A stretch of DNA of 60,470 nt, the filler included. It is 5 parts of 5 records of this genome, joined end to end, with 100 filler letters (N's around TTAATTAATTAA, not from the genome) between each part and the next. Parts side by side here need not be neighbours in the genome. Positions count along the whole stretch, not along the records: positions 1 to 11,554 come from DRR723986_6258; positions 11,655 to 21,678 come from DRR723986_6259; positions 21,779 to 43,976 come from DRR723986_6260; 2 more parts are not named here. The stretch is one strand, 5' to 3'. The position numbers were made by a program, and so were the translations under genes. Position 1 is the first letter of the stretch, and each line of letters opens with the position of its first letter. The notes below the pieces were generated by a model. It ran no database searches. It was given only the letters and a program-made list of their open reading frames with translations, and had not been told where the DNA came from. This document shows positions 10,916 through 21,842 of this stretch, piece after piece.

Positions 10916-11020
10916 TCTCTGCGGGTCACGCTAGGGCAAGCTGCAAATTGCGACAAGCATGGCTGGAATCCCGTACCGCGAAATGCCAATATGACGTCCC
11001 GTCACAACGGAGCGCTGCCC

Positions 11021-11203
11021 ATGCCCTGCCCGATCTGCAACAAGGACGCCGATCAGAAATACCGCCCGTTCTGCTCGCGCCGTTGCGCCGATGTGGACCT
11101 TGGCCGCTGGCTGCACGGCAGCTACGCGGTGCCCTCTCAGGATCCGGAAGACATCGAAGCGGCGGCAGAGGAACTGGCGTCCGGCCCCGACCGCTTGCAT
11201 TGA
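11021..11203 (+). CDS. yacG: DNA gyrase inhibitor YacG
   Basis: CPICNK...RPFCSRRCADVDLGRW zinc motif. Usual position after the RNase E/G gene. Confidence 0.93.
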   Translation: MPCPICNKDADQKYRPFCSRRCADVDLGRWLHGSYAVPSQDPEDIEAAAEELASGPDRLH

Positions 11204-11283
11204 ACCGGAAGCGGCGCCGTGCAGGATCAGCCTGAAATCCGGGCGTGTTGACGTTAAAATGCGCGGCCATTCGGAAAGCTGAA

Positions 11284-11341
11284 ATCCAGTTTAATGGATA
11301 GCTTAATCTATCAGTCCAGACTGAGAACTTCATCAGTCCAG
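11284..11341. promoter_or_regulatory. Probable MocR/GabR-family (TauR-like) operator
   Basis: Exact direct repeat ATCAGTCCAG at 11310-11319 and 11332-11341 (22-bp period; reverse strand CTGGACTGAT). Inverted ATCCA-N6-TGGAT at 11284-11299. Upstream of the taurine-type binding protein. Confidence 0.55.
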
Positions 11342-11443
11342 CCAGAACGATTTCCTTGACGTAAGCGCTTTCACCCTCGCAAGCTGTCACATGCAAAAAG
11401 CATGGGTGCGGGCGATACCGCGCTGAGAACAGGGAGACTACAA

Positions 11444-11554
11444 ATGAAGAAATTTGCACTTGCAGGAACGGCTATCGGACTGGTGATGAGCGCTCAGGCG
11501 TCCTTTGCCCAAGGTCTGGACGAGATCACCGTAGCCTATTTCCTCGAATGGCCG
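11444..11554 (+). CDS. ABC transporter substrate-binding protein, probably taurine-binding; 3'-truncated
   Basis: Signal peptide followed by ITVAYFLEWP, which resembles roseobacter TauA N-termini. Only 37 codons are visible. Confidence 0.6.
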
Positions 11555-11654
11555 NNNNNNNNNNNNNNNNNNNNNNNNNNNNNNNNNNNNNNNNNNNNTT
11601 AATTAATTAANNNNNNNNNNNNNNNNNNNNNNNNNNNNNNNNNNNNNNNNNNNN
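11555..11654. other. Artificial contig spacer
   Basis: N44-TTAATTAATTAA-N44 with stops in all six frames. Confidence 0.99.
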
Positions 11655-12548
11655 GCCGCGCGGCAACGATTTGAATTCGAACGTACCGTCCTTCTCAATC
11701 TCAGCTTCATCGGACCAGTAAAGAGACGGATTCTCATCGCCGAACGTCCTGCCCATCGGCTTTGGCAAACACCATGCAATTACTTTTCCGTCTTTTATTG
11801 GACGAGGCACATTGTCCGCAAGGCTTCCTGTGAGTCTGAGCCCTGGTCTCAATTTTAGGTTCCTGATGTTGACCTTTCTACCTTTGGCCAACCGGACGGG
11901 TAGCACGCTGCTGAACAAGTGGTTGCCATCGTCGCGCAGAGCAACCAATAGCGCCTGCCATCGCCCGTTGGGCACAGCACGCGACCTGAACATACCGTCG
12001 TTTAACTTCCACTTTGCATTTTGCCCGGGGCCCGCCATCACGATGCCAAGTTCCTCAACAGCTTCACCCTCGGGCGTGGTAGCGCTGAAGGCGACCTCTT
12101 CGCCCATGGTCAACTGGTTGGCAGCTCGACCGGCCAGTGGATCGAGATGAATCGTGGTTGGTATGTAAGAAGGGTGAGCCACGTTGAGTGAGATTTCATT
12201 CGTCGTCAGCCAGTCGGGGGCCGTGCCAAATCGTACTGGATATTCAATCTTGGCAACGCCATCTGCATCAGTAACAACCACTCGTGGCTTCCCGACGTTG
12301 TAGGTTGGCCAGCCGTAGTGACTTCCGGAATCTTCGTCGCACCGCAGTGCATAGGGCTGGACTGATGCACCAGCTATGGGTTTGCCTGTATCGTCGTCGG
12401 TCAGGGTGAGTTCTAGGATTGCCGTATCGACCGGATACTTGATCAGAGACTTTTCCGTATCTCCGCCAGACTCTTGAGCGAAAAGGGTTGGGCAACTTAT
12501 GCACTGGGCAAGCACCAACGCGCAAAGGAATCGAACATAAGAGCTCAC
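11655..12548 (-). CDS. Secreted protein with carboxypeptidase-regulatory-like (beta-sandwich) repeats, 3'-truncated
   Basis: GTG after GAGGAG, signal peptide, and motifs DDDTGKPIAGASV, TDADGVA and DGTFEFKSLPRG. Confidence 0.6.
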
Positions 12549-12735
12549 CTGTGTTCTCCTCGATAGACAACATACTATGAAAAACTTGACGCAAGCATTC
12601 GCTTTGCCAAGTTTCACTCAGCCAAATTTCAATCAGCGACCGGCATCGAGTATACCAGCTTGGGAAGTCCACGAAGCTTCGCAGTCGACAAAGATTGAGG
12701 CACTTAGAAGCGGAAACGCGTGTGTGGAAATGCAA

Positions 12736-12769
12736 AGAGCCCGACACGCGCGAAGGCGGGCCGGGCTCT
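12736..12769 (-). terminator. Possible intrinsic terminator downstream of katG
   Basis: AGAGCCCG...CGGGCTCT stem with only a short T run on the minus strand. Confidence 0.45.
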
Positions 12770-12833
12770 GTTGAAAGCGTCGTTTGCTTCTTACTCGAAG
12801 TGATTTATCGAGTCATCTGCTTTGCTGCAAAGC

Positions 12834-15233
<2,400 letters not shown>

Positions 15234-15282
15234 TTATTGCGTACCGAAACGATAAATCCAATGCATTGTGGTACTATATTTC

Positions 15283-15297
15283 ATGCGTTAGCTGCAT
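15283..15297. promoter_or_regulatory. LysR-type T-N11-A box in the katG/LysR divergent promoter
   Basis: ATGC-GTTAGCT-GCAT dyad 30 bp upstream of the LysR start. Confidence 0.55.
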
Positions 15298-15326
15298 AGG
15301 ACGTCTCGAGACAGGGGTAAGGCAAA

Positions 15327-16217
15327 ATGGAAATCGACCAACTGCGATATTTCTTGACCGTTGCCGAACAAGGAAATTTCACGCGGGCGGCCGACGCTCT
15401 GCTCATTTCCCAGCCAGCTTTGAGCCGGTCGATTCAAAAGCTTGAGGCAGAGCTAGGGCAGCCAGTATTTGAGCGGAAGTCGCGGAGTATCGTGCTGACC
15501 GATGCAGGTTTACTGCTCCAGTCGCGCGCCCGACAAGTGCTAAGGATCCTGGAAGACACGGCTCGTGAGATCACCGACGATGGGCAAAGTGGTCGTATTC
15601 GAGTTGGAGCTATTCCGACCGTTGCACCCTATTTCTTGCCTGAGGCGCTGCGGGATTTCTCAGACGCTTACCCAGATGCGCATGTTATGGTGCACGAAAG
15701 TACGACCGACGTACTGCTGAAAGCTTGCACACAGGGTGAAGTTGATCTGGCAATTGTTGCCCTTCCGATTCCGGGAAAGCACCTCGATACACACGAGCTG
15801 TTCTCCGAAGAGCTTTTACTTGTATTGCCGCCGGATCACAGCTTGGCATCCAAAGAACGCATCACGCTTCGCGACGTTGAGCCGTTTCCATTCGTTCTTC
15901 TCGATGAAGCCCACTGTCTGTCGGATAACATTGTCTCGTTTTGCCGTCAAAAGGCGTTTCAACCGGTAGCAGTTGAGCGAACGAGTCAATTGACGATGGT
16001 CCAAGAGCTGGTTTCGCTTTCACACGGGATCTCCATGATTCCCAAAATGGCTCGAAAGCTTGACCAGAGTGACCGCCGAATCTACCGCTCGCTTTCCGGC
16101 GGCAAACCAACTCGCACTCTAGCCGTCGCATGGAATCCGTACCGGTTCCAAAGTAAGTTGGTGGTTGCGTTCCGCGAGTTCTTGAATGATTACGCTAACG
16201 GACGCTGCTTACCGTAA
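15327..16217 (+). CDS. oxyR: LysR family regulator, OxyR-like peroxide sensor
   Basis: LysR HTH (NFTRAA...SQPALS) and [23 protein letters not shown] has the C-x8-C spacing of OxyR C199/C208. Divergent from katG. Confidence 0.8.
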   Translation: MEIDQLRYFLTVAEQGNFTRAADALLISQPALSRSIQKLEAELGQPVFERKSRSIVLTDAGLLLQSRARQVLRILEDTAREITDDGQSGRIRVGAIPTVAPYFLPEALRDFSDAYPDAHVMVHESTTDVLLKACTQGEVDLAIVALPIPGKHLDTHELFSEELLLVLPPDHSLASKERITLRDVEPFPFVLLDEAHCLSDNIVSFCRQKAFQPVAVERTSQLTMVQELVSLSHGISMIPKMARKLDQSDRRIYRSLSGGKPTRTLAVAWNPYRFQSKLVVAFREFLNDYANGRCLP

Positions 16218-16424
16218 TCCTAGACGCCTGCGCACTCAAAACGCTATCGGTACCGCTCAAGTCTGTTCGCACCCACTAAAAAACAGTGTGTTCGGACTGG
16301 GAAAAGTTAGCCTAGGCAATCTACGTTGGGTTATCCGGCCCTAACGGTTGCTCTAGTTATCCTCATTGTGCGTGCCGATAGCCTCTCTTAGGGCTACCGC
16401 TCCGGTTCCTCCGCTTTGGCAGAA

Positions 16425-16494
16425 CCGGCGACACGCACTGGCGACACCGCACTGGCGACACCGGACTGGCGATACCGCACCGGCAAGAACCGAA
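16425..16494. repeat. Tandem 14-bp repeat, about 5 degenerate copies
   Basis: CCGGCGACA-CGCA, CTGGCGACACCGCA, CTGGCGACACCGGA, CTGGCGATACCGCA, CCGGCAAGAACCGAA. Confidence 0.85.
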
Positions 16495-16746
16495 TGGGAC
16501 AATCCCGCTGGCCGCACCAGGCGGCAAGTCCGCGTTGGCGGTGCGGACCGTCGCCGAAGGCTAGCGTTTCGGTGCCGTTTGGGTTGGCGATGTTTGCGAG
16601 TGAACACCACTTGGCCTCTGCCGTGGAAAGACAGAGATTTCGAAGTGCCAACGAGCACTTGACCACATACCGTGAACTACTAAGTGAATCGAACGAACGT
16701 ACGCGATCAATCGAACATACCCCGCACCTCTCCCGAGTGTAACGCG

Positions 16747-19089
16747 ATGTTTACGAAACTGTGTTGCGATCCGCTGAATGAAATCAGCTCGCCGAATCGC
16801 AAGCGCCGCCCCAGCGCGCCTGTGCCAACGCTGCTCTATGCGTGCGCTGCGCTGCTACTGTGCGGTTCTCACGCAAGTGCGCAGACTCTGACACAACGCG
16901 CCGCCGGCACGCCTTGGGCACAAAACACTGCGTTACACAATACTGCATCTCAACAAGCAAATCCATCGGCAATTGGTGCCCTAGGCGGTCGCGGACTGAT
17001 CGTACCAACGCCTCCCGCGGCCAGTCGACCCGCGACGAATCAACTCGTCCAACCCCAGGTCAGGCAACCGCAAGTCCAACCACTCAATCAAGTCCAGCCG
17101 CTTAATCCACCACCGCCTTCCCAGTCGGCAAATACTCAGACGCCAACTCGTGTGGCAGCGCGGCCGCTACCCTGGAAAGTATCGAGGGACCGGACGGAAA
17201 TGCTCCAAGCTTATCCTGCCGCAGCCCGACGAATGCTCTCCTCTGCAACTTCTGATGACCTACTCGCAGGCGATGATGGCTTGCTCGGCGAAGGGCTCAC
17301 GGGAGATGGGCTGCTGGGTGGCGCGGGTGCTGTGGATGATCCGCTGGCAGGGCTGGGCCCGAACGCGAGCCGAATGCGGAATCCGCACAAAGCGATGGAT
17401 GATGCCAAGGCAAGCGACTATCCCGATGGAGTGGACCCGCACGCTGAAGCGTTTGCCGATTCACTTTATCCGTCCGCCCACAAATGCGCGAAGTGTCACC
17501 AACGAATCTACGACGAATGGCGAGGAAGCGGGCATGCCTACGCGTCGATTTCGCCTATGTTCCACAAGTTTGAGCAGAAAATCACGGAGCTTTCCCAAGG
17601 TACCATCGGCACTTTCTGTGTTCGTTGTCATGCACCGGTGGCCACGCAGTTGAACTACCCCAGAAGTGGCTCGATTCTGGACGGCCCTCAGGTCTTCCGA
17701 GAAGGGGTAACATGCGTAGCCTGCCACCGGGTTGCCGAAGCGTACGGTCGAGTCCATGGAGAACGACGTATCGAACCGGGGCCACTGCAAGCGCCCGTTT
17801 ATGGCGGTATTGGTGGTGCCGGCGTGGCCGAAGCCATTGCAAAGAAAGATGAATTTAAGATCAAATTGGATACAACCAGCAAGAAGCCTGGTCAGGAGAT
17901 CCACCTACAAGGCATCAAGTTCGAGCAACTTAACAAGAGTGAGTTCTGTCAGCCCTGCCATCAGGTTGCAGTTCATCCTGGAATCGCCTTGGAAGTAGTC
18001 TGGGCTCAGTATCGTGCCAGCCCGGCGTGCAAGAAGGGCATCAGTTGCCAAGACTGCCATATGGGACTTGTGCCCGGCAAAGCGCAAGGCTACGCGGTTG
18101 CTCCTGCTGCAGAAATGAGTGGTAAATGGGTGACACCATACCGCAAGCATGCAAACCACTTGTTCTACGGTCCCAACAACCCAATCGCGCACCCTGGCCT
18201 CTTTCCGCTCAATGAAAAGGCGCTTGCGTGGACGATTGACCAGTGGCTGCAGTTCGATTGGCGGGCAGGTTGGGGAACGGACGCATTTGAAAAAGCCTTT
18301 GCGAACAAGCAAGTGTATGCAGTCTTCCCTGAGTGTTGGTCCAATGCCGATGAACGTCGCGACGCACGCGAGATCATCGATGACAATATGGAGCTAGCTG
18401 CGATCAAGAAGGCCTCCGCCATCCAAGTCATGGAGGCAGGCTCCCGAATCGACGGGCCTTATTTCAAAAAGTCACGACCGCGGGCTGGTGCAGAACTGTA
18501 CTTCCACTATGTGGTTACAAACACAAGTGAGGGGCACAACAACCCGAGTGGTTCCCTCGGTGCACAGCCGCAACTGTGGCTCAACGTCGCACTGACGGGC
18601 CCCGGCGGGCGGCGAGTTTGGGAGTCGGGCTACTTGGACCCGAACGGTGACTTAGCAAACCAACACTCCGAGTACGTAACAAGCCGACGCATCCGACCGG
18701 ATAGCCAGTTGTTTAACCTGCAAACGCAGTTCATTACAACAGGCGTCAAAGGGCCCGACCGCGAAATGTACCTGCCGGTAAATGTTGACATCGACCAACG
18801 TCCCTTCCTTCGTCCCGGTGCCATCCCGTTTTCGGTGCTGAACCACCCGCCATTTATACGCATGGAACAAAAATCCCTGCCGCCACTTGGCTCACGCAAG
18901 GCGAAGTACAGTGTTCCGGGCGAACTGCTGATGCAACCCGGCCGCTACCGTTTGAGCGTCCGGCTGCGAAGTCGAATGGAGCCAATCTACTTCATGAAGT
19001 TTTGCGATGCGACGCCGGAAATGCAAAGGCGTATGCTTGAGAACACGTTGGACCTACATGAGTCGGCGGTCGAGTTCGAGATTCACTAG
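16747..19089 (+). CDS. Exported multiheme c-type cytochrome (c554-like, 5 CxxCH)
   Basis: CAKCH, CVRCH, CVACH, CQPCH and CQDCH; EWRGSGHA c554-type motif; signal-like LLYACAALLLCGSHASA; Pro/Gln-rich linker. Start uncertain (16684, 16747 or later). Confidence 0.88.
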   Translation: MFTKLCCDPLNEISSPNRKRRPSAPVPTLLYACAALLLCGSHASAQTLTQRAAGTPWAQNTALHNTASQQANPSAIGALGGRGLIVPTPPAASRPATNQLVQPQVRQPQVQPLNQVQPLNPPPPSQSANTQTPTRVAARPLPWKVSRDRTEMLQAYPAAARRMLSSATSDDLLAGDDGLLGEGLTGDGLLGGAGAVDDPLAGLGPNASRMRNPHKAMDDAKASDYPDGVDPHAEAFADSLYPSAHKCAKCHQRIYDEWRGSGHAYASISPMFHKFEQKITELSQGTIGTFCVRCHAPVATQLNYPRSGSILDGPQVFREGVTCVACHRVAEAYGRVHGERRIEPGPLQAPVYGGIGGAGVAEAIAKKDEFKIKLDTTSKKPGQEIHLQGIKFEQLNKSEFCQPCHQVAVHPGIALEVVWAQYRASPACKKGISCQDCHMGLVPGKAQGYAVAPAAEMSGKWVTPYRKHANHLFYGPNNPIAHPGLFPLNEKALAWTIDQWLQFDWRAGWGTDAFEKAFANKQVYAVFPECWSNADERRDAREIIDDNMELAAIKKASAIQVMEAGSRIDGPYFKKSRPRAGAELYFHYVVTNTSEGHNNPSGSLGAQPQLWLNVALTGPGGRRVWESGYLDPNGDLANQHSEYVTSRRIRPDSQLFNLQTQFITTGVKGPDREMYLPVNVDIDQRPFLRPGAIPFSVLNHPPFIRMEQKSLPPLGSRKAKYSVPGELLMQPGRYRLSVRLRSRMEPIYFMKFCDATPEMQRRMLENTLDLHESAVEFEIH

Positions 19090-19175
19090 CCGACGACATT
19101 TTTCAGCCAGACCCCCCGACTCTGCCCGCTTGGGCTCCACTCCGTACAACGCCTTTCACGCCCGAAAGCAAATCC

Positions 19176-21521
19176 ATGCATCGCTCCTTCCAAGTTGCCG
19201 CCATTGCGATCGCTGCATTTGCAGTGTTGTCGCCGCACGCAGCAACCGCGCAGGAGAGCGGTCGACACCGAACCAACCAAGCAGTGGCTCAGAAGCCGCG
19301 ACCGTCCTTTGCAATCCCCAGTGCCCCCGTGCCAGGTGCGCGGCCGCTGATTTCGCCGGGAACTTCTCCGGCTGGTGTTCAGCCGCAACGAATCACTGGA
19401 TCGCAGCCTGGATCACAGCACGCTAGCCACACTGTTACTCGAAACCAGGTCCAACCGTTACCATTCGTTCCGCGAAGGGAAAGTGGTTGGCAGGGCGTTC
19501 CGAATCAGAACGGTCCTGCTTCGAAAATCACGAGCAGCATCCTTGAGTCCAGAACTAGTCCTGCAACAACCGCGACTCAATCCCAGAACGCCCCCGCAAG
19601 TGGTCTGCACTCCGTGTTGGTCAGTTCACCTTCGGGCAACCAGACTGACTCTGGACTAAGTGCCGAGGATTTCGCAAATCTCGCCTTGCCAACCGCTCCT
19701 GAAGACCGTGGCGCACCAGCAGGTGCAGGTGGCAGTTCTGGTGCAGGTAGTGATTCAGGTGCAGGTGCTAGAACGGCTCCATGGTCCAGGTCCCAACAGA
19801 CGCAGGAACTCCCGCAGCCGCAGGACGGGCGCCGGCCACTCGTTCCACCAGGTAGTGCGCCAGGCAGTGCACAAGGCGCCGGCTTCAATCCTCTCGACGC
19901 TCTGCCGCCAGAGTTGCTGGGCGATTCTCCAGGCGAATCTCCAGGCGATCAACAAACCCGCCGCGGCAGCACGCAGTCTAGCCTAAATCCGCAATCGGGG
20001 CAGGAAGCTCTCGGAGGGCAGGCAGGCGGCCATGCTGGGGGAAGCTCCGGCGCAAACGGCAAGAAGGGTGATTCGCAGTTTAAGTACGATGGAAAAGTGG
20101 CATTTGGCCAAGCCTACGCAGGTCATTCGCCATCGCACTACGATGCACTTGCAACCAAAGTTCCCTTCAGTGGATCAGCCTTTGCACCGCAGCCGATCAT
20201 TACGAACCCGCTCGACCCACACGCTGAAGGTGCAATCTATCGTTCGAAGCAAGAAGTCCCAACGCAGCGACCACTCATCGAACTGGGGCGACCGCTCTAT
20301 ACCGGCGGGATCTACAAGCCTGGAAAGAACTGGTTCGGTGCTACCAATCTGGTCATGCCGCACTTCATGGTCTACGGTGATTTCCGGACTGCAGTCGCCG
20401 TCAATCGCAATGCAAACTCCAACAACGATGTTTGGGCGTCGCGTCTAAACCTCGACATGGATCTCGAGATCACTGCGACCGAAAGAATTCACGCCTTCAT
20501 GGGGCCTCTAGACCGCGCGGGCGATTTCACTCGCTTGGATTTCTCTGACGGAATCGACTTCGTCAACAGGATGGATATGCGGTTCGACACGCTATTCTTC
20601 GAAGGGGACCTCGGATCAATCGTCGGCGGTCTCAGTGGAACTCAATCAGATTTTGATCTGCCGTTTTCGTTCGGGTTCTTGCCATTGTTTTACCAGAACG
20701 GCGTCTGGGCGAATGACAACGTCATCGGAGCGGCTGCTGCATTGCCCGCCCGCCACAGTCGCCTGCTCGACTGGTCAAACTTTGACGCGACTGTTTTCTG
20801 GGCATCCGATCAAATCAACTCAGACGCTTTTGCTGGCGACAACAACGCGGCAGAGTTCTTTGGGACCGCATGGTTTATCGAAGCCTATGACGGATACCTG
20901 GAGGTCAACTACGCGTTTGTACACGATGACGTTGGTGGTCACCGGTCGTACAACAATTTGGCCGTCGCCTTCACGCGTCGCTACTTCCACCGAGTATCCA
21001 ATTGCGTGCGGTTTATCACGAACTTCGGCCAGTCCTTGCCCAGTGGCCAGCGCACGGCCGACGGGCATCTGCTGCTAATTGAAAACTCGTTGATATCGAA
21101 GAAGCCAAACACGGTCGTTCCTTACTTGAATGCTTTCTACGGCCAAGGTCGAACACAGAGTCTTGCTCGGGCGGGGATCGCTGGCGGAGTCCTGAACAAT
21201 GTGGGCATTAACTTTGAAACCGACGGATTGACGGGTTACCCAACGCTTGACCCAACGGGCGTCAATACAGTCGGTGCTGCCGCCGGGATCAACATCATTG
21301 GCGACAACTTTGACAGTCAGTTGATCCTGGAGTTCGCTGCTTTGTCCGCCAACGGTAGCCGGCAGTTTCGAAATGCATCTGGCGACCAGTATGCCGTCGG
21401 GATGCGTTATCAGAAGCCACTTACAAACGCTTGGATTTTCCGAACAGACCACATGGCCGGGATCCTCAGGAATTCCCGAGACATATTCGGCTCACGGATG
21501 GAGCTCCGCTGGAAGTTCTAG
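19176..21521 (+). CDS. Exported protein with a disordered N-terminus and a probable C-terminal outer-membrane beta-barrel
   Basis: Signal peptide ending ATA-Q, about 300 aa of P/G/S/Q-rich sequence, then amphipathic strands ending MELRWKF (terminal Phe). Confidence 0.65.
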   Translation: MHRSFQVAAIAIAAFAVLSPHAATAQESGRHRTNQAVAQKPRPSFAIPSAPVPGARPLISPGTSPAGVQPQRITGSQPGSQHASHTVTRNQVQPLPFVPRRESGWQGVPNQNGPASKITSSILESRTSPATTATQSQNAPASGLHSVLVSSPSGNQTDSGLSAEDFANLALPTAPEDRGAPAGAGGSSGAGSDSGAGARTAPWSRSQQTQELPQPQDGRRPLVPPGSAPGSAQGAGFNPLDALPPELLGDSPGESPGDQQTRRGSTQSSLNPQSGQEALGGQAGGHAGGSSGANGKKGDSQFKYDGKVAFGQAYAGHSPSHYDALATKVPFSGSAFAPQPIITNPLDPHAEGAIYRSKQEVPTQRPLIELGRPLYTGGIYKPGKNWFGATNLVMPHFMVYGDFRTAVAVNRNANSNNDVWASRLNLDMDLEITATERIHAFMGPLDRAGDFTRLDFSDGIDFVNRMDMRFDTLFFEGDLGSIVGGLSGTQSDFDLPFSFGFLPLFYQNGVWANDNVIGAAAALPARHSRLLDWSNFDATVFWASDQINSDAFAGDNNAAEFFGTAWFIEAYDGYLEVNYAFVHDDVGGHRSYNNLAVAFTRRYFHRVSNCVRFITNFGQSLPSGQRTADGHLLLIENSLISKKPNTVVPYLNAFYGQGRTQSLARAGIAGGVLNNVGINFETDGLTGYPTLDPTGVNTVGAAAGINIIGDNFDSQLILEFAALSANGSRQFRNASGDQYAVGMRYQKPLTNAWIFRTDHMAGILRNSRDIFGSRMELRWKF

Positions 21522-21528
21522 TTGAGGA

Positions 21529-21678
21529 GCCCTCTCTCGGGCTGACGCCCGGCCTCTCCCTGAGGGAGAGGTGACGGGATCCTGTGGAGCGTGATTGGGC
21601 TCTGGCAGTTGGGAACGATAACTGTCACCTCCACCGGCTTTGCGGGGGAGGTCGCGAGTCTTGCGAGCGGGAGGGGGC
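21529..21678. repeat. Inverted pair of REP-like palindromic elements at the contig end
   Basis: CGGGC-TGAC-GCCCG plus CCTCTCCC-TGA-GGGAGAGG-TGAC (21529-21575), and an inverted degenerate copy GTCACCTCC...GGGAGGGGGC (21624-21678). Confidence 0.7.
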
Positions 21679-21778
21679 NNNNNNNNNNNNNNNNNNNNNN
21701 NNNNNNNNNNNNNNNNNNNNNNTTAATTAATTAANNNNNNNNNNNNNNNNNNNNNNNNNNNNNNNNNNNNNNNNNNNN
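21679..21778. other. Artificial contig spacer
   Basis: N44-TTAATTAATTAA-N44. Confidence 0.99.
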
Positions 21779-21805
21779 GACGGCACACGGAGTGTGCCTG
21801 CTACT
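21779..21805 (-). repeat. GTAG-type REP element at the contig start
   Basis: Minus strand reads A-GTAG-CA-GGCACAC-TCC-GTGTGCC-GTC: a GTAG tetranucleotide followed by a 7-bp hairpin. Confidence 0.65.
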
Positions 21806-21842
21806 ATGTTCGAGCTTTGTCTGTCTATCTCAGTTGCGACGC

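Noticed and set aside
9848-11020. 451-aa plus-strand ORF appearing to fuse a long N-terminus to YacG
   Set aside because: The upstream part is the antisense shadow of the P450. YacG starts at about 11021.
11204-11443. tRNA gene after yacG (a common position in Alphaproteobacteria)
   Set aside because: No cloverleaf or T-loop GTTCGA motif is visible. No tRNA or rRNA was recognised in the window.
11555-11654. TTAATTAATTAA palindrome flanked by Ns (also at 21679, 43977 and 52887)
   Set aside because: It is an artificial all-frame-stop linker, not biological. ORFs running into X residues are truncations.
16425-16494. Possible CRISPR array
   Set aside because: The units are 14 bp, head-to-tail, with no unique spacers and no cas genes. 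No CRISPR array was seen anywhere in the window.
16353-16742. Short overlapping ORFs across the 14-bp repeat
   Set aside because: No family motifs or clear RBS, and the repeat unit is not a multiple of three.
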